Positions 38,401 through 51,022 of a DNA stretch of 64,000 nt are shown piece after piece; positions within the stretch are counted from its first letter, which is position 1, and the number at the start of each line of letters is the position of its first letter. The notes below the pieces were generated by a model. The model had not been told where the DNA came from, did no database searches, and worked only from the letters and a program-made list of their open reading frames with translations. The translations under genes and the position numbers were made by a program. Source of the DNA: Octopus sinensis (Eukaryota); the NCBI RefSeq assembly GCF_006345805.1, contig NC_043014.1:21638001-21702000 (forward strand). The letters are read 5' to 3'.

Positions 38401-41400
38401 ATCCCTGTAACTTAGTGGTTCAGCAAAAGAAACTGATAAAATAAGTACCAGGTATAAAGAAAAACATAAGCACTGGAGTTGATTCATTTGACTAAGAAGT
38501 TCTTTGAGGCATTTGGTAGAAAGGGTGTGTGTGAGTGTGTAATACTTGTTTTGTTAATCTGTCTCATCCTTTATAACACAGTTAATCTACCTCATCACAT
38601 ACATGAGAATTGGTATCTATAAGTCTATAAGGTCAGATCTTGGAAGTGTGTGTGTGTTAAGATACACACACTCATTAATCAGAGCAATGTCTGCTTCATT
38701 CTCCCCAGGGCAGATATGTATTAAGATCAGTTTTTGGGGAGTGTGTGGGAGTGTGCAGGAAGATATATTAAGCAAATGTAAAGATCAGTTCTTAGTCGTA
38801 AGTGTGGGGTGGGGTGGGGAGGGAGAGATGTGTTAACATCTCTTGTTTTCTCATGGTACCTTTCACCTCACATACCCCATATAGATATATTTAAGGATTT
38901 AATACTTAGATACAGCTGATTTACCTGTGAAAATAGAACCTTAGGGTTGGGTGAGGTAAAGGTGGTTTTGTGTTGTTTGTGGATTTTGTTTTTACCTGTA
39001 ACATTCCATACACACACACACTCCCTTTCTCAATCTCCCTCTCTCTGCGTTCCCCACTGCCAAATGATTTTACACAACCTTTAAAAAAAAATGACATTTA
39101 GAGGTCAGTGTGACCAGGTTACCCCTGGCTTCTAACATTGATGTAAGCAATTTCAAGCACTGATTCAACGAAGGAGTGTGTATGTGTGACCTTTATGTAT
39201 AGCTATATTCTTGTAAAATGCGAGCCAGTTCATGCACATGCTCACACACACACACACACACACACAACATGCAGGGTGTCCAAAACATTGTGTATAAATT
39301 AAATGTCAGTGTTTATTTAAATACATTTCATTGTCAAAATTTGATAGTATCTACTGACAATTTCATTTTTTTACAGATGTCTGTTCTCAAACTAATTACT
39401 GTTCTTGTCCAGGTATTGTTGATGACACAAAGCATGCATCATGATACATTTTGTTCAGTATTCTTGTTCAATAGCATTCTTGTTCACTAACTGCCCTTAG
39501 TTCATTGAGTATTGCCAGTTTTGTACTGTAAACTTTTAAGTATCCCCATAGAAAAGAAGGTCAAGTGATGTGAGGTCCAGTGAACCTCTTCAATCCAAAT
39601 TAGGCAAAATCTCATCAAAATAAGCCTGACATTAGTATGGTAATGTGTGGGTACCCCATATTACTTCACATCATCAAAGTCCTTTTGAAGGCTTGGCATG
39701 ACAGATTGTTGCAACAAGTTTGAGTAAATGGGACAAGTCAGAGTACCATCAAAAGCAAATGGTCCATTTAATCCTTTTGATAAGCCACACTATACTGCAA
39801 CTCCTGGTAAATTAATATGTTGTTCCTCCATAGCATGTGGTTGTTAATTGAGTCATTTAATCTAAAGGTAGCCTCAGCCTTCCAAATAACTTTTATTGGA
39901 AAGTGTGCATCTTCTACTCAACATGCCACACACCCAGTGCCAGATTAAGACCCATAGAGGCTCTAAACACTTAAAATATTTTGGTGCCCCATATATTTGT
40001 AATTCATAATATAAACAATATAGAATTTTTTTTTTTTTACAAAATGAACAAAACTAACAGAAAGATGGAAAATAATGTTTATTTTTGTATATTTCTATTT
40101 TATATTTGAAAATTATGGAGATGTACTTGCATAGCAAGTGATCTGATCTGAGATCATGTGCTGGAACAAAAACAATTGCAGCGTGGCAGATGTTTATAAG
40201 CCATTTAAGAAACACACAAAATTCGTTAGATTCACTTCAACATTTAAATTTAATTTGTCAAAATATTTTTGTCGCTTTGAGACCGCGACCTGTTCACTGA
40301 CAAATTTCCATGCTGTCAGTGAACAGGTTGTGGTCTCAAAGTAACGAAAATATTTTGACAAATTAAATTTAAATGTTGAAGTGAATCTAACGAATTTTGT
40401 GTGTTTCTTAAATGGCTTATAAACACCTTCCACGTTGCAATTGTTATATTTGAAAAGTTTTCTACTTTTTTCAGTTGCAAAATATTTGATCAGATTCTCA
40501 CTATGACACTATAAACACTTTGAAATTATAAAACTTTTGGGGGTCCATGAAAAGAATTTTCATTTAGATGTTTTGATTTCAAAGGAAAATTAACCGGGAA
40601 GATAGCTTTCGTGTGTGGCAGATGCACAGGGGCAATGGACACCATTGATACTCAGAAAACAGATTCCATTACACTTCTGGGGGAGAAACTAGAAGTAGTT
40701 GATAGTTTCCGCTACCAAGTTAGTAGCGGGGGTGGTTGCTCAGAGAGTGTTACCACTAGAATAAGAATAGCCGGGGCAAAGTTTAGGAAGCTTCTTCCCC
40801 TACTGGCGACAAAGGGTCTCTCGCTCAGAGTGAAAGGTAGATTGTACGACGCATGTGTGCGAACTGCTATGCTTCACAGTAGTGAAACATGGGCTGTAAC
40901 TGCAGAGGACATGCGTAGGCTCAAAAGAAATGAAGCTAGCATGATCCACTGGATGTGTAATGTCAGTGTCCATGCACAACAGAGTGTAACCGCCCTGAGA
41001 GAAATGTTGGGCATAAGAAGCATCGAAAGTAGCGTGCAGGAGAGACGTTTGTGTTGATATAGTCATGTACTACGGATGGATGAGGAGAGATGTGTGAAGA
41101 AGTGCCACTCCCAAACTGTTGAAGGAATCCGGGATAGAGGTAGACCCAGGAAGACATGGGACGAGGTGGTCAAGCATGACCTTCGTACGTTGAGCCTCAC
41201 AGAGGCTATGACGAAAGACCGAGTCCTCTGGAGATATGCTGTGACTTCGAAGACCCGACGAATGAAGTGAGTTCATGGCTTGCAGGACGGCCTGCTGTGC
41301 TAACCTTGGATCATAGAGTGACCCGCTGTTCTTGAGAAGACCTATTGAGTCAAGTACGTTAACACCAACATCAAATGAAAATTGAATGGAAATAGTAGTT

Positions 41401-42418
41401 AAGACACCCGTGCCGGTGACATGTTAAAAGAAAAGCACCGTCCGAACGTGGCAGATGTCAGCGCCGCCTGACTGGCGTCCATGTCGGTGACATGTAAAAG
41501 CACCAACCAATTGTGGCTGTTCGCCAGTCTCCTCTGGCCAATGTACCGGTGGCACATAAAAAGCACCCACTACACTCATGGAGTGGTTGGAGTTAGGAAG
41601 GGCATCCAGCTGTAGAAACACTGCCAGATCAGACTGGTGCCTGGTGCAGCCTCCTGGCTTCCCAGACCTTGGTCGATCCGTCCAACCCATGCTAACATGG
41701 AAAGCGGATGTTAAACGATGATGAGGATGATGATGATGATGTGTTTATTGGAAGAAGTAACCAGGTTTTTTTCCTCTGTTTTACATTGTTCTACCTGCAC
41801 AACTTAATGTGAGAAAAGCAAAATAGGAAATTTGGAAGAAGTATCTTTAAAAAACTACTTTTTAAACATTGAATATCTGTTGGGGGTGGAGTCCATCAGA
41901 GTAAAACAGTAATCAGAGGGGGCCCATAGGTAAAAAATGGTTGGGAACCACTGATTTAGAGCACACAATATTCTTGGAATATATCTTTCCCATGACAGCA
42001 GTACAAAATGCAAAGGACACCTGAGTTTGAACTACATATTTCACAACGCACCACAGATTTTGGCCATACACTTCTAATACTCTTTTTACATTGTAGAGCT
42101 TGTCAATGTCAACATTCTGAACAGTTCCCTCTGCTTCAAACTGATAAGTTGCATAGGTGGATCTGTTTGAAACTCCCTCCTAAACTGTCTTTGTTCTTTG
42201 ACTGCATTTTCAAACTGCAAGTAACACTTCTGGTTAAATTTTCTTTGTTCAAAACATAGTCTGGCTCCCTTCATTATTTGAGTAATAGGTTAAATCTGAA
42301 AAAGAAATGAAAATTGAGTTATCAGCTGTTAAAGTGTGTATACATTTTTTAGGATATTCTGTATGCATGTGTGTGATTGTGTGAGTGTGTGTATGTGCAC
42401 ACACGCGCACACACACAA

Positions 42419-42508
<90 letters not shown>

Positions 42509-42738
42509 ACAAACACACACACACTAGTACATGTAGTTGAGAATACACTTTGTCTTCACTTCTTCCACCACACTATTCATTATACTATTTATGAATGAAA
42601 CAGTTCTGACCCAGTAAATCTGGGTGTACACACACTTCACCATACTATCTCTATCCAGTGGATGGTTTGACTGGTGGTGGTGATAGTGATGTCTCTTCTA
42701 CATGCCCTACCCCTTCTCTCCCTACTCTCTTATGCTGT

Positions 42739-42771
<33 letters not shown>

Positions 42772-45700
42772 CCCCCACCAACTGGTAGTAGTGTGGGGTT
42801 AGGGTGTTGATGTAGTATGGCATGGTGCAGTGGTAGGGAAGCCGGTAGTGATGTAGTAATGTGATGCTGGTAATGATGGTAGTTTAGCCCCAGGTCAGCT
42901 CGGACAAAACAGACCTACAATCAAAGGCATTACAGCTGCAGCCATCATCCAACTCGTCTCTTATTCTCACTCTACATTAGACAATGTGTCCTATTTTATA
43001 AAAGCTGGTAGGGCATTTGTAGAAGTTTGGCTGCTATTTCTAGTATGTCGAGTGACTTAGGGAGTGGGGGTGTAGTTTAAAGACGGAGGTGATGTAATTT
43101 CACTGATGATGAGCAAAGTTGTGGCGGAGTTAGAGGTGGTGGTGGTGGTATTCTTAGTAGTCAGGTTTACCGGATAGTAGTAAGAGATGTATGTAACGAG
43201 TAGTAATACTGGACTATAGAGAACAGCAGCTGTTGAGGTGATGATGATGATGATATCTATATGTGTGGGGAGCAAGAGAAGAAAGGGAGGGGGTAGAAGA
43301 TGGATTACCCCCTTCTCCCAAGCATGCCACACAACTCTCTCCAAAAAAGGAATTTCCTCCCCAGCCCACCCCACTAATTATTCTTCCCATCTCACTACAG
43401 TACTGACTCACTGTCGTTGTTGTTACTGTTATTGGTGCTGGTATTACTGTTGTTGTTACTGGTGGCGTGATAGTAGTCTTGAGGTTACTCTTGGTTAGAA
43501 TCAATCTAGACCAGTGGTCCTCTCAACCATTTCTTTCTTATGGACCCCTTTTGATTTGTATTTTACTTAGGTGGACCCCCATAGCCATTCAAGGTTTAAA
43601 AAGATCCTTATTATATTTTTATAATTAAATGTTATTAGGAATTGTATTTTTAATCTTTTTTCTTCTACTTGTTTCAGTCATTAGTCTGCGGTCATGCTGG
43701 GGCACTGCCTTGAAAAATTTTTAGTCAAATGAATTGACTCCAGTACTTGCTTTTTTTTTTAAAGCTTGTTACTTATTCTGTCAGTCTCTTTTGCCAAACA
43801 ACTATGTTATAGGGACGTAAACACACCTGCACTGATTGTCAAGCAGTGTTGTGGGAGACAAACGCAGACACAAAAGCACACACACATACAACGGGCTTAC
43901 AATTTCTGTCTATCAAATCCATTCACAAGGCTTTGGCCAGCCCAAGGTCATAGTAGAAGGCACTTGCTCAAGGTGCCAGACAGTGGAACTAAACTTGGAA
44001 CTATGTGATTGGGAAGCAAGCTTCTTACCACACAACCATGCCTACACCTATGCAAAAATTAAATAATAATGAAATTATTGTATACAGTGCTCAGGTGCAC
44101 CACAACTTGTCAAAAGTGCATATAAAGCATATGCAGTAATGTACAAATGTCTGGAAAGTGAACAGTGTATGAGTCAGATACATTCTTGCATGTGTATGGA
44201 GGGGAGAAAATCAGGTGTAGTGTTGGCGAATCTCAGCAAGCATGGAAGTTTTGAAGGATGCAGTGCTCCGACAACTAACAACTGATACCGGCAGTTTGTT
44301 CCATACTTCAGCAACTCTTAGCGTGAAAAAACGTTTCCAAAAGTCATGGGAGTTGTGCTGTTTTCTGACTTTGTAAACATGTCCACGGGTGTTAGACAGG
44401 TGGAGTTTGAAAAGGTGCTCAGAGTTATTGTTTGTAAGATGGTTAATAATTTTATGGGTTTCGGCCAAGTCAGTTGACAGACGTCAGAGTTTCAATGTAT
44501 CCATGCCCAGGGAAGTAAGGCATTCAGAATATGGCAAATGCCTGATGGAGGGTATTCTCTTGGTTGCATGTTGCTGAACGGTTTCCAGATGATTAATATC
44601 CTAGGCAAGATAGGGGTTCCAGACCGGTGATGCAAATTCCAGTTGAGGCCACACCATAGCTATATAAAGCCTCAGATAGATAGCTGGAGAACAGCTCACA
44701 AAGGACTTGGTAAGTGATGCCAAGATACCCTCAGCCTTCTTGGCAATTTTAGCAATGTGTTTTGTCCAATGCAAATCGCTATCAACAATAATGCCCAGGT
44801 CACGTTCACAAGAAGACTTTTTGTGATTAGTGTTGTGGAGGGAGTAAGTAGATGCTGGGTTTTTCCTCCCAAAATGCATGGTGGTACATTTGTCCACAGC
44901 CAGCTTGAGTTACCAGTCCATGATACATTAAATATTTTGTATATTGAAGAAGTATAAGCAATTTATTACATATAAATTTTAACAACAAAATCTTATATGG
45001 GCATCCAAGGGCCATGTGGGCCTTGGTTGAGAACCACTCATCTAGACTTATATGATCAACAGTATTCCAGTGATTCTCATCTCATCTTATTTTATGAGGC
45101 AGTGTATAATATAGTCTTACATATATCCTGTCTATCCTTCCTGTTTAAGAAAGCTGGGTGTGTGCTTATTATCAATGATGGTGATTGGCCTTTTTGTTGT
45201 TGATTAATGCAAGGCCAATCCTTGTTAAGCAGAATAGTCTTTTATCTGTTTCAGTCATTAGACTGCAGCCATACTGGGGCACCACCATGGAGAACGTTTT
45301 TAGTCAAATGAATCAATACTTATTTATTTTTTAAGCCTGGTACTTATTCTATCAGTCTCTTATTGTCAAACCGCTAAGTTATGGGGACATAAACAAACCA
45401 ACACCAGCTGTCAAGCATTAGTGGAAGACACACACACACACATTTACATATTGCACAACGGGCTTCTTTCAGTTTCTGTCTACTAAATCCACTCACAAGG
45501 CTCTGGTTGACCCAAGGCTATAGTAGAAGACACTTGCCCAAGGTGCCATGCAGTGGGATTGAATCCAGAACCATGTGGTTGAGAATCATGCTTCTTACCA
45601 CACAACCACACCTGTGCCTCATGATTAGCCATTCCAACCATGAGCATCCTACATTATTTAATGTGTTGTTTTATTTTTAAAAAGTCCTGTTTTGTTTGAG

Positions 45701-48700
45701 AAAAACTGTAGCTGCTATTTCTAGTATGCTGGTCAACCATGTAGTCCCTTCGTTACTGATGCTGTTGTTGAGAATCATAGTAGTGGTGACAGAGGTACAT
45801 CATAATGATGATGGTGATTATCTTGCTAGCAGTGAGGATTACTCTTAGAATATTATAAATAGACATCTGTGGTTCCTGTCTTTGAGTAAACTTTGGGGTG
45901 TCGAGTTTAGTATCTGCCGCCCTACCTACACCCTGTCAGTTATTGCCATGGAGTGTCTGGTGAGAGTGAAATGGATGATGATGATGATTATGTTATTAGT
46001 TAGAAAAACCCCTTGCTTGCTTTTACTGATAGCTTATTCACTGCCAGCTGGTGCAAGAGCTACATAAGAACACACAAGCATATGCACACACACAAGCACA
46101 TACTCACATGCACACACATTATGTACTTGTGCAAGCATACACAGATACTCGTGAATGTATGTATATGTGTATGGAGAGGTGGAGGAAGAAAGGCATATAG
46201 ACGGAGGGAGAGAGTGAGAGAGAGGGATGCAAGCCCATACAAAGATCCATATGAAGCTCATCATGTGTCTATTTGTATAGTTGAACTAAATAAGTGTGCT
46301 GTCATAGTCACCACCACCACCAACTACTCACTACCAAATGTGCCATGTGTTTTGATAATACAATAATTACTACTTCTCTCTCTCTCTCTCTGTATGACTA
46401 TATTTTACAACCCCTCCACACATACACACATTTTATATATATATAAAATGTGTGTATGTGTGGAGGGGTTGTAAAATATAGTCATACATAAAGTACTTAT
46501 TTAGGATTTTGCATGCAAAACCCATGAAAGTGATCAGTACATGGCTTGAAAGAATAGGTGTGTGTTTATATATATGTCCAAGTGTGAAACTTCAACATAA
46601 CTGTGGCAGATTGAAGCTTCATCTTCCAGTGAGTGAATAATAAACTCTACAGTGGCTACAAAGTGTTTCATTGTGTGTGTGCGTGTGTGCGTGTGTGTGT
46701 GTGTGTGTATGAGGTGGTATCAAAAGGTTCCCAGACTAGGTATGTTTAATAAAATACAACTAATTTACCTAAGTTTTAGCATCATATCCCTTGAAATAGT
46801 CACCTTGCACAGCAATACACCAGTCCCAGCATTCCTGTCACATCTGGAAGTTTTTTACTGTAAGCAAGTTGAGGACCTTCTGTGATTCGCTCTGGATCTT
46901 GGCAATGGTGTTAAAACGGCAACCTTTGAGCTGCATTTTCATCTTGGGGAAGGGATGGAAGTCTGCAGGTGCTAAATCTGGTGAAAAGGTTGGGTGCAGA
47001 AGCAATACCATGTTCTTTTTGGCAAGAAACTCACAAGTTAAGAGAAGTCAGTGAAGAATCCAATTGTTCATGCTCCACAGATCCAGTCACTTTTACTGAA
47101 TGTTCTCCCTCAAACACTTCACAATGTCACAGTAACAGGTCTTCCAGATCGCCTATCATCTTCCAGGGACAGTCTTTCACTTTTGTGCCACCAGAAACAT
47201 TGCATACGACCCATTTCCTTGGTGGTGTAAGCTTGCTGAAGCATGCTCAATGTCTCTTCAGCAGTCTTCCCAAGTTCAGTGCAAAATTTCATGTTGGCTC
47301 TTTGTTCCTGTCCATAATAAAATCACAGACTACAGCATATCAATGCTGCCATCTGTTGGCATGCTACAGTACTAGTCCAGAGACATTTTGATACCATCTT
47401 GTACACACACACTCACACATATCATCATCAGCATCATCATCGTCATTTTACATCCATTTTCCGTGCTGGCATGGGTTAGATGATTTGACTGGGACTGGTA
47501 AGCTGCAGAGCTGCACCAGCCTCCAGTTGTCTGTTTTGATTTGGTTTCTACAACTTGATGCTCTTCCTAATACCATCCACTTTACAGAGTGTACTGGGTG
47601 ATTTTTACATAGCACCAGCACTAGCCATGACCACCACACACATACACACACACATATCAGCTAACCCAAATACATATTTGCAATTGAGGTAATGGTTGCT
47701 TAACCCACTTGAAATAGTTTTGGATAAAATAGAAGACAGAATGCTTTAAAAAAAGTAGAGAGGCTTGATGATACAATAACCATGCTGAACCAGGACACAC
47801 ACACACACGCATGTGCTCATGTGCCAGGCAGGGAGTGCACATGGAGAGAAAGTGTTTGTTTTAGAAACTTGTTAGCTTTCTCCTAAATATCTAAGAACCA
47901 TGAAAAACCTTCCAAGTCTACTAAATTCAGCATAGTTTTATGAATCCTGATCTCAGCCAAACAAAAGTTATTTGCACATAGATGTATGTGAAGAATAGAG
48001 ATATTGGTACTGATGATCTTATCTTGGAAGGCTGTAATAAGGGAATCAATAAGGATAATGGTTCAATCACTATGAAAAGTTGTTACCAAGATAATGAATG
48101 GTCTATTAATTAACAGTATCTGTTTGTTGTTACTGTTATTGAGCCTCCACCCCAGTTGTGTAGACTTATGATGAAAGGTGTTTCAACCATCACCATTGTT
48201 CCTCTTTGTCTTTCTTTCAGTGCATCTAGGATTATATCCTCTAATGTGCCCTTCACATTTTAAGATGGTAGGGTGTATTTTAAAGAAAATGTAGTGGCTA
48301 TTTCTTCTATGTTGAGTGACCATGTAAATGCTTCATCAGTGACTTGAAAGATGCCAATTAGTTTCTTTGGGTTTCAGTTATTTATTACAGTAAAAATCAG
48401 AACCAATGCCTCTAATTCTACTTTTAATCTTCAGACTGTTTTATTACTAACAAATCTAGCAGACATGACTTCTGTTTTTTAACCAATGCTGTCTTTAACT
48501 CTTTCAGATTTCTGTCAAGCATAATGCATATTCATTCACATTGATATAAAATGAACATGCTTTACCTTGCAGCTTTGAGTTTTCAATGATATAATTGTTT
48601 ATTTTTAAAATATATTTGTAGGGTAAGTGTAAGAGGCCAGATCTGGCCAATTTGAAGATAATACAAGTAGATTATTTTGGCTGGATATGGCCAGTTTAAA

Positions 48701-50991
48701 TGCTAAAGAGTTAAGCATATTCTACTTTGCCTGAATAGTATCTCGGATTCTTTGGTTTGAAAATCTCATGCTCTAATGAACAGAAGCACTAGAAAGAGGG
48801 AATTATTTAGTGGCTACAATTTATGTCTATATATAGTGTGTGTATGTGTAGTAATGGTGATACTAATCATGAAATTTTCTGATTTCCTAAAACAAAATTT
48901 ATTTTTTCAATTCAGGTGTTTCAAGATCTGGGCACAGAGGTGCTGGAGGCTGCATTTGATGGCTACAATGCCTGTATGTTTGCCTATGGGCAAACAAGTA
49001 CTGGGAAAACCTATACAATGATGGGTGAAGGGGTGAGTATCCTTTCTGAAATACAGATTTAAGTATGCATATATATTTGTGTGTGTATGTGCGTGTGTAC
49101 ATAGTTCAAATTTACAGAAAAAAAAACAATGAAGACATGTTAAGGAACAACAAACAGTTGTATTAGTTTGATGCTCAGGAAGAATGGAAAAGTCTTTGAC
49201 ATTTCAAGCTTACACTCTTCAACAGAAATGATTGAGAGGAAACAAAATGGAGCGAGAACGAAACAATGTGTAGGGATTAATGGTTCAACATGATGGAAAA
49301 ATTATATCTACACACACAAAACATACATTGCATATATGTACTAACTTCAGGTTGACTAAGAGCATGTACGTGGAATTTGTTGATGGAAACTGTGCACAAG
49401 CATGGCTGAGCAGTTAAGAAGTTTCCTTCATAACCACATGGTCTCAGGTTTAGTCTGAATGCTACATGCTCTCCCCTGTCACATCCTCTATGTTCTGCAG
49501 GGTAGAGAAGGTGAAATGGCGTCATGTCTGCTTGTGATTACATAGGTACCTCAAAGCAATTACAAAAGAGTGGTTTGCAACCATTTTTTTTTACCTATGG
49601 ACCCCTTTGATAACTTTTTTATTCTGGTGGACCACCATAGCCATTTGTTGTTTAAAAACTAGTTTTATTGATATTTCTTTGAAAATTCCTATTTTATTTT
49701 TCACCCATTCACTTGTGTAGGCTTGCACAATAGCACTCTCTAAGAGAACATACTTCAGTGGCCGGACACCTGTTAAACTATGTAAACTTTACAGAAAGAA
49801 ACCCAGTTGTTGCTTACATGTAAAGCAAAATGTTTTTTTCATGATCCCTTAAAATGCTACTGTGTATCCTCAATTTACTATTTTGTTTGAGTGGACCTGC
49901 ACAAAATCTTATATGGACCTTAGTTGTAAACCATTGAATAAAAGCATGGTACAAGCTTCCAGGTCATACAGTGGCCTGGGAACAAAATTTGCTTAGTGGG
50001 TGCAAACTCAGTTCCAAAATTTGGCACTACTGGAGAAGTATGGATCCGAGTTCTAGAAGTGTGCATGTCACAAAGTAGTCGATTTTAGCACACAGGTAGA
50101 CAACGAGACGTGCACAGGTAGACAGCGAGATGCGCGCTACTTGCTGTAAATGGAGGGTGGGTTATCCATCTAATACAAGAAGAAAATTGCAGATAAATTG
50201 AATAAAAACATGAAAAATAACAAAATGATATTTCATTGAAAAGTAAACCATTCTGAAAGATAGTTCAGAATGTTTTGAAAACATTCATCTCCAGCTTTTC
50301 CCATATTTTATTAAGGGTTAGAGGTTAGGGTTTAGTGTTAGGTTGAGGGTTAGGGGAGATGAATGTTTTTTTTCGGTATTCAATGATTATTTTTCACGGA
50401 TCTTTTCACTTTGACCAGCAGTATTTTAAAATAATTTCTTTGTAACTAAACACTTTTAAACTTCGTATACTGGTAGAATGTGTTACATAAAACATCTTTT
50501 TCTCTTGGCTTTCTTGAGAAAATTCTGTAGTTTTTAAGCTATTTGTTGTTAAATTTCTTGCATTTCAGCAATTTCAACCAATCAATGGTGTCTATTGAGG
50601 TGAATACAATTTCTGCCGTAGTTTGTCAACAACAATTTCCTTTGGTGTCTACTCAGTTTGTCACTGTTATTTATGACATATTTCATATCAATTACGTCCG
50701 TATGAATAAATGATTATCGTTATTAAACTTTTATTAATAAACGCATATTCTAAGTTCACAACATATGCAGTTTTAACTTCCCTCTCTGTTGCACAGATAC
50801 ACACATTACATATTGTATATTCGTTTAAGAAACAGATTGGGTTTATTTACATTTCTGAAGAAAAAAGATACCCTAACCCTAAAACAGATTGAAATGCAAT
50901 AGATCGATACTAGGGCCATAATTATGGGTGGAGTACTAAAGCAGTATTTATGTTTGTATGTAATACACCCTACTGATAGTGTTTGTATGTA

Positions 50992-51022
<31 letters not shown>

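Noticed and set aside
50311-50354. TTAGGG repeats as a telomere or chromosome-fusion scar
   Set aside because: Only about 7 degenerate units, embedded in a structured interspersed repeat inside an intron.
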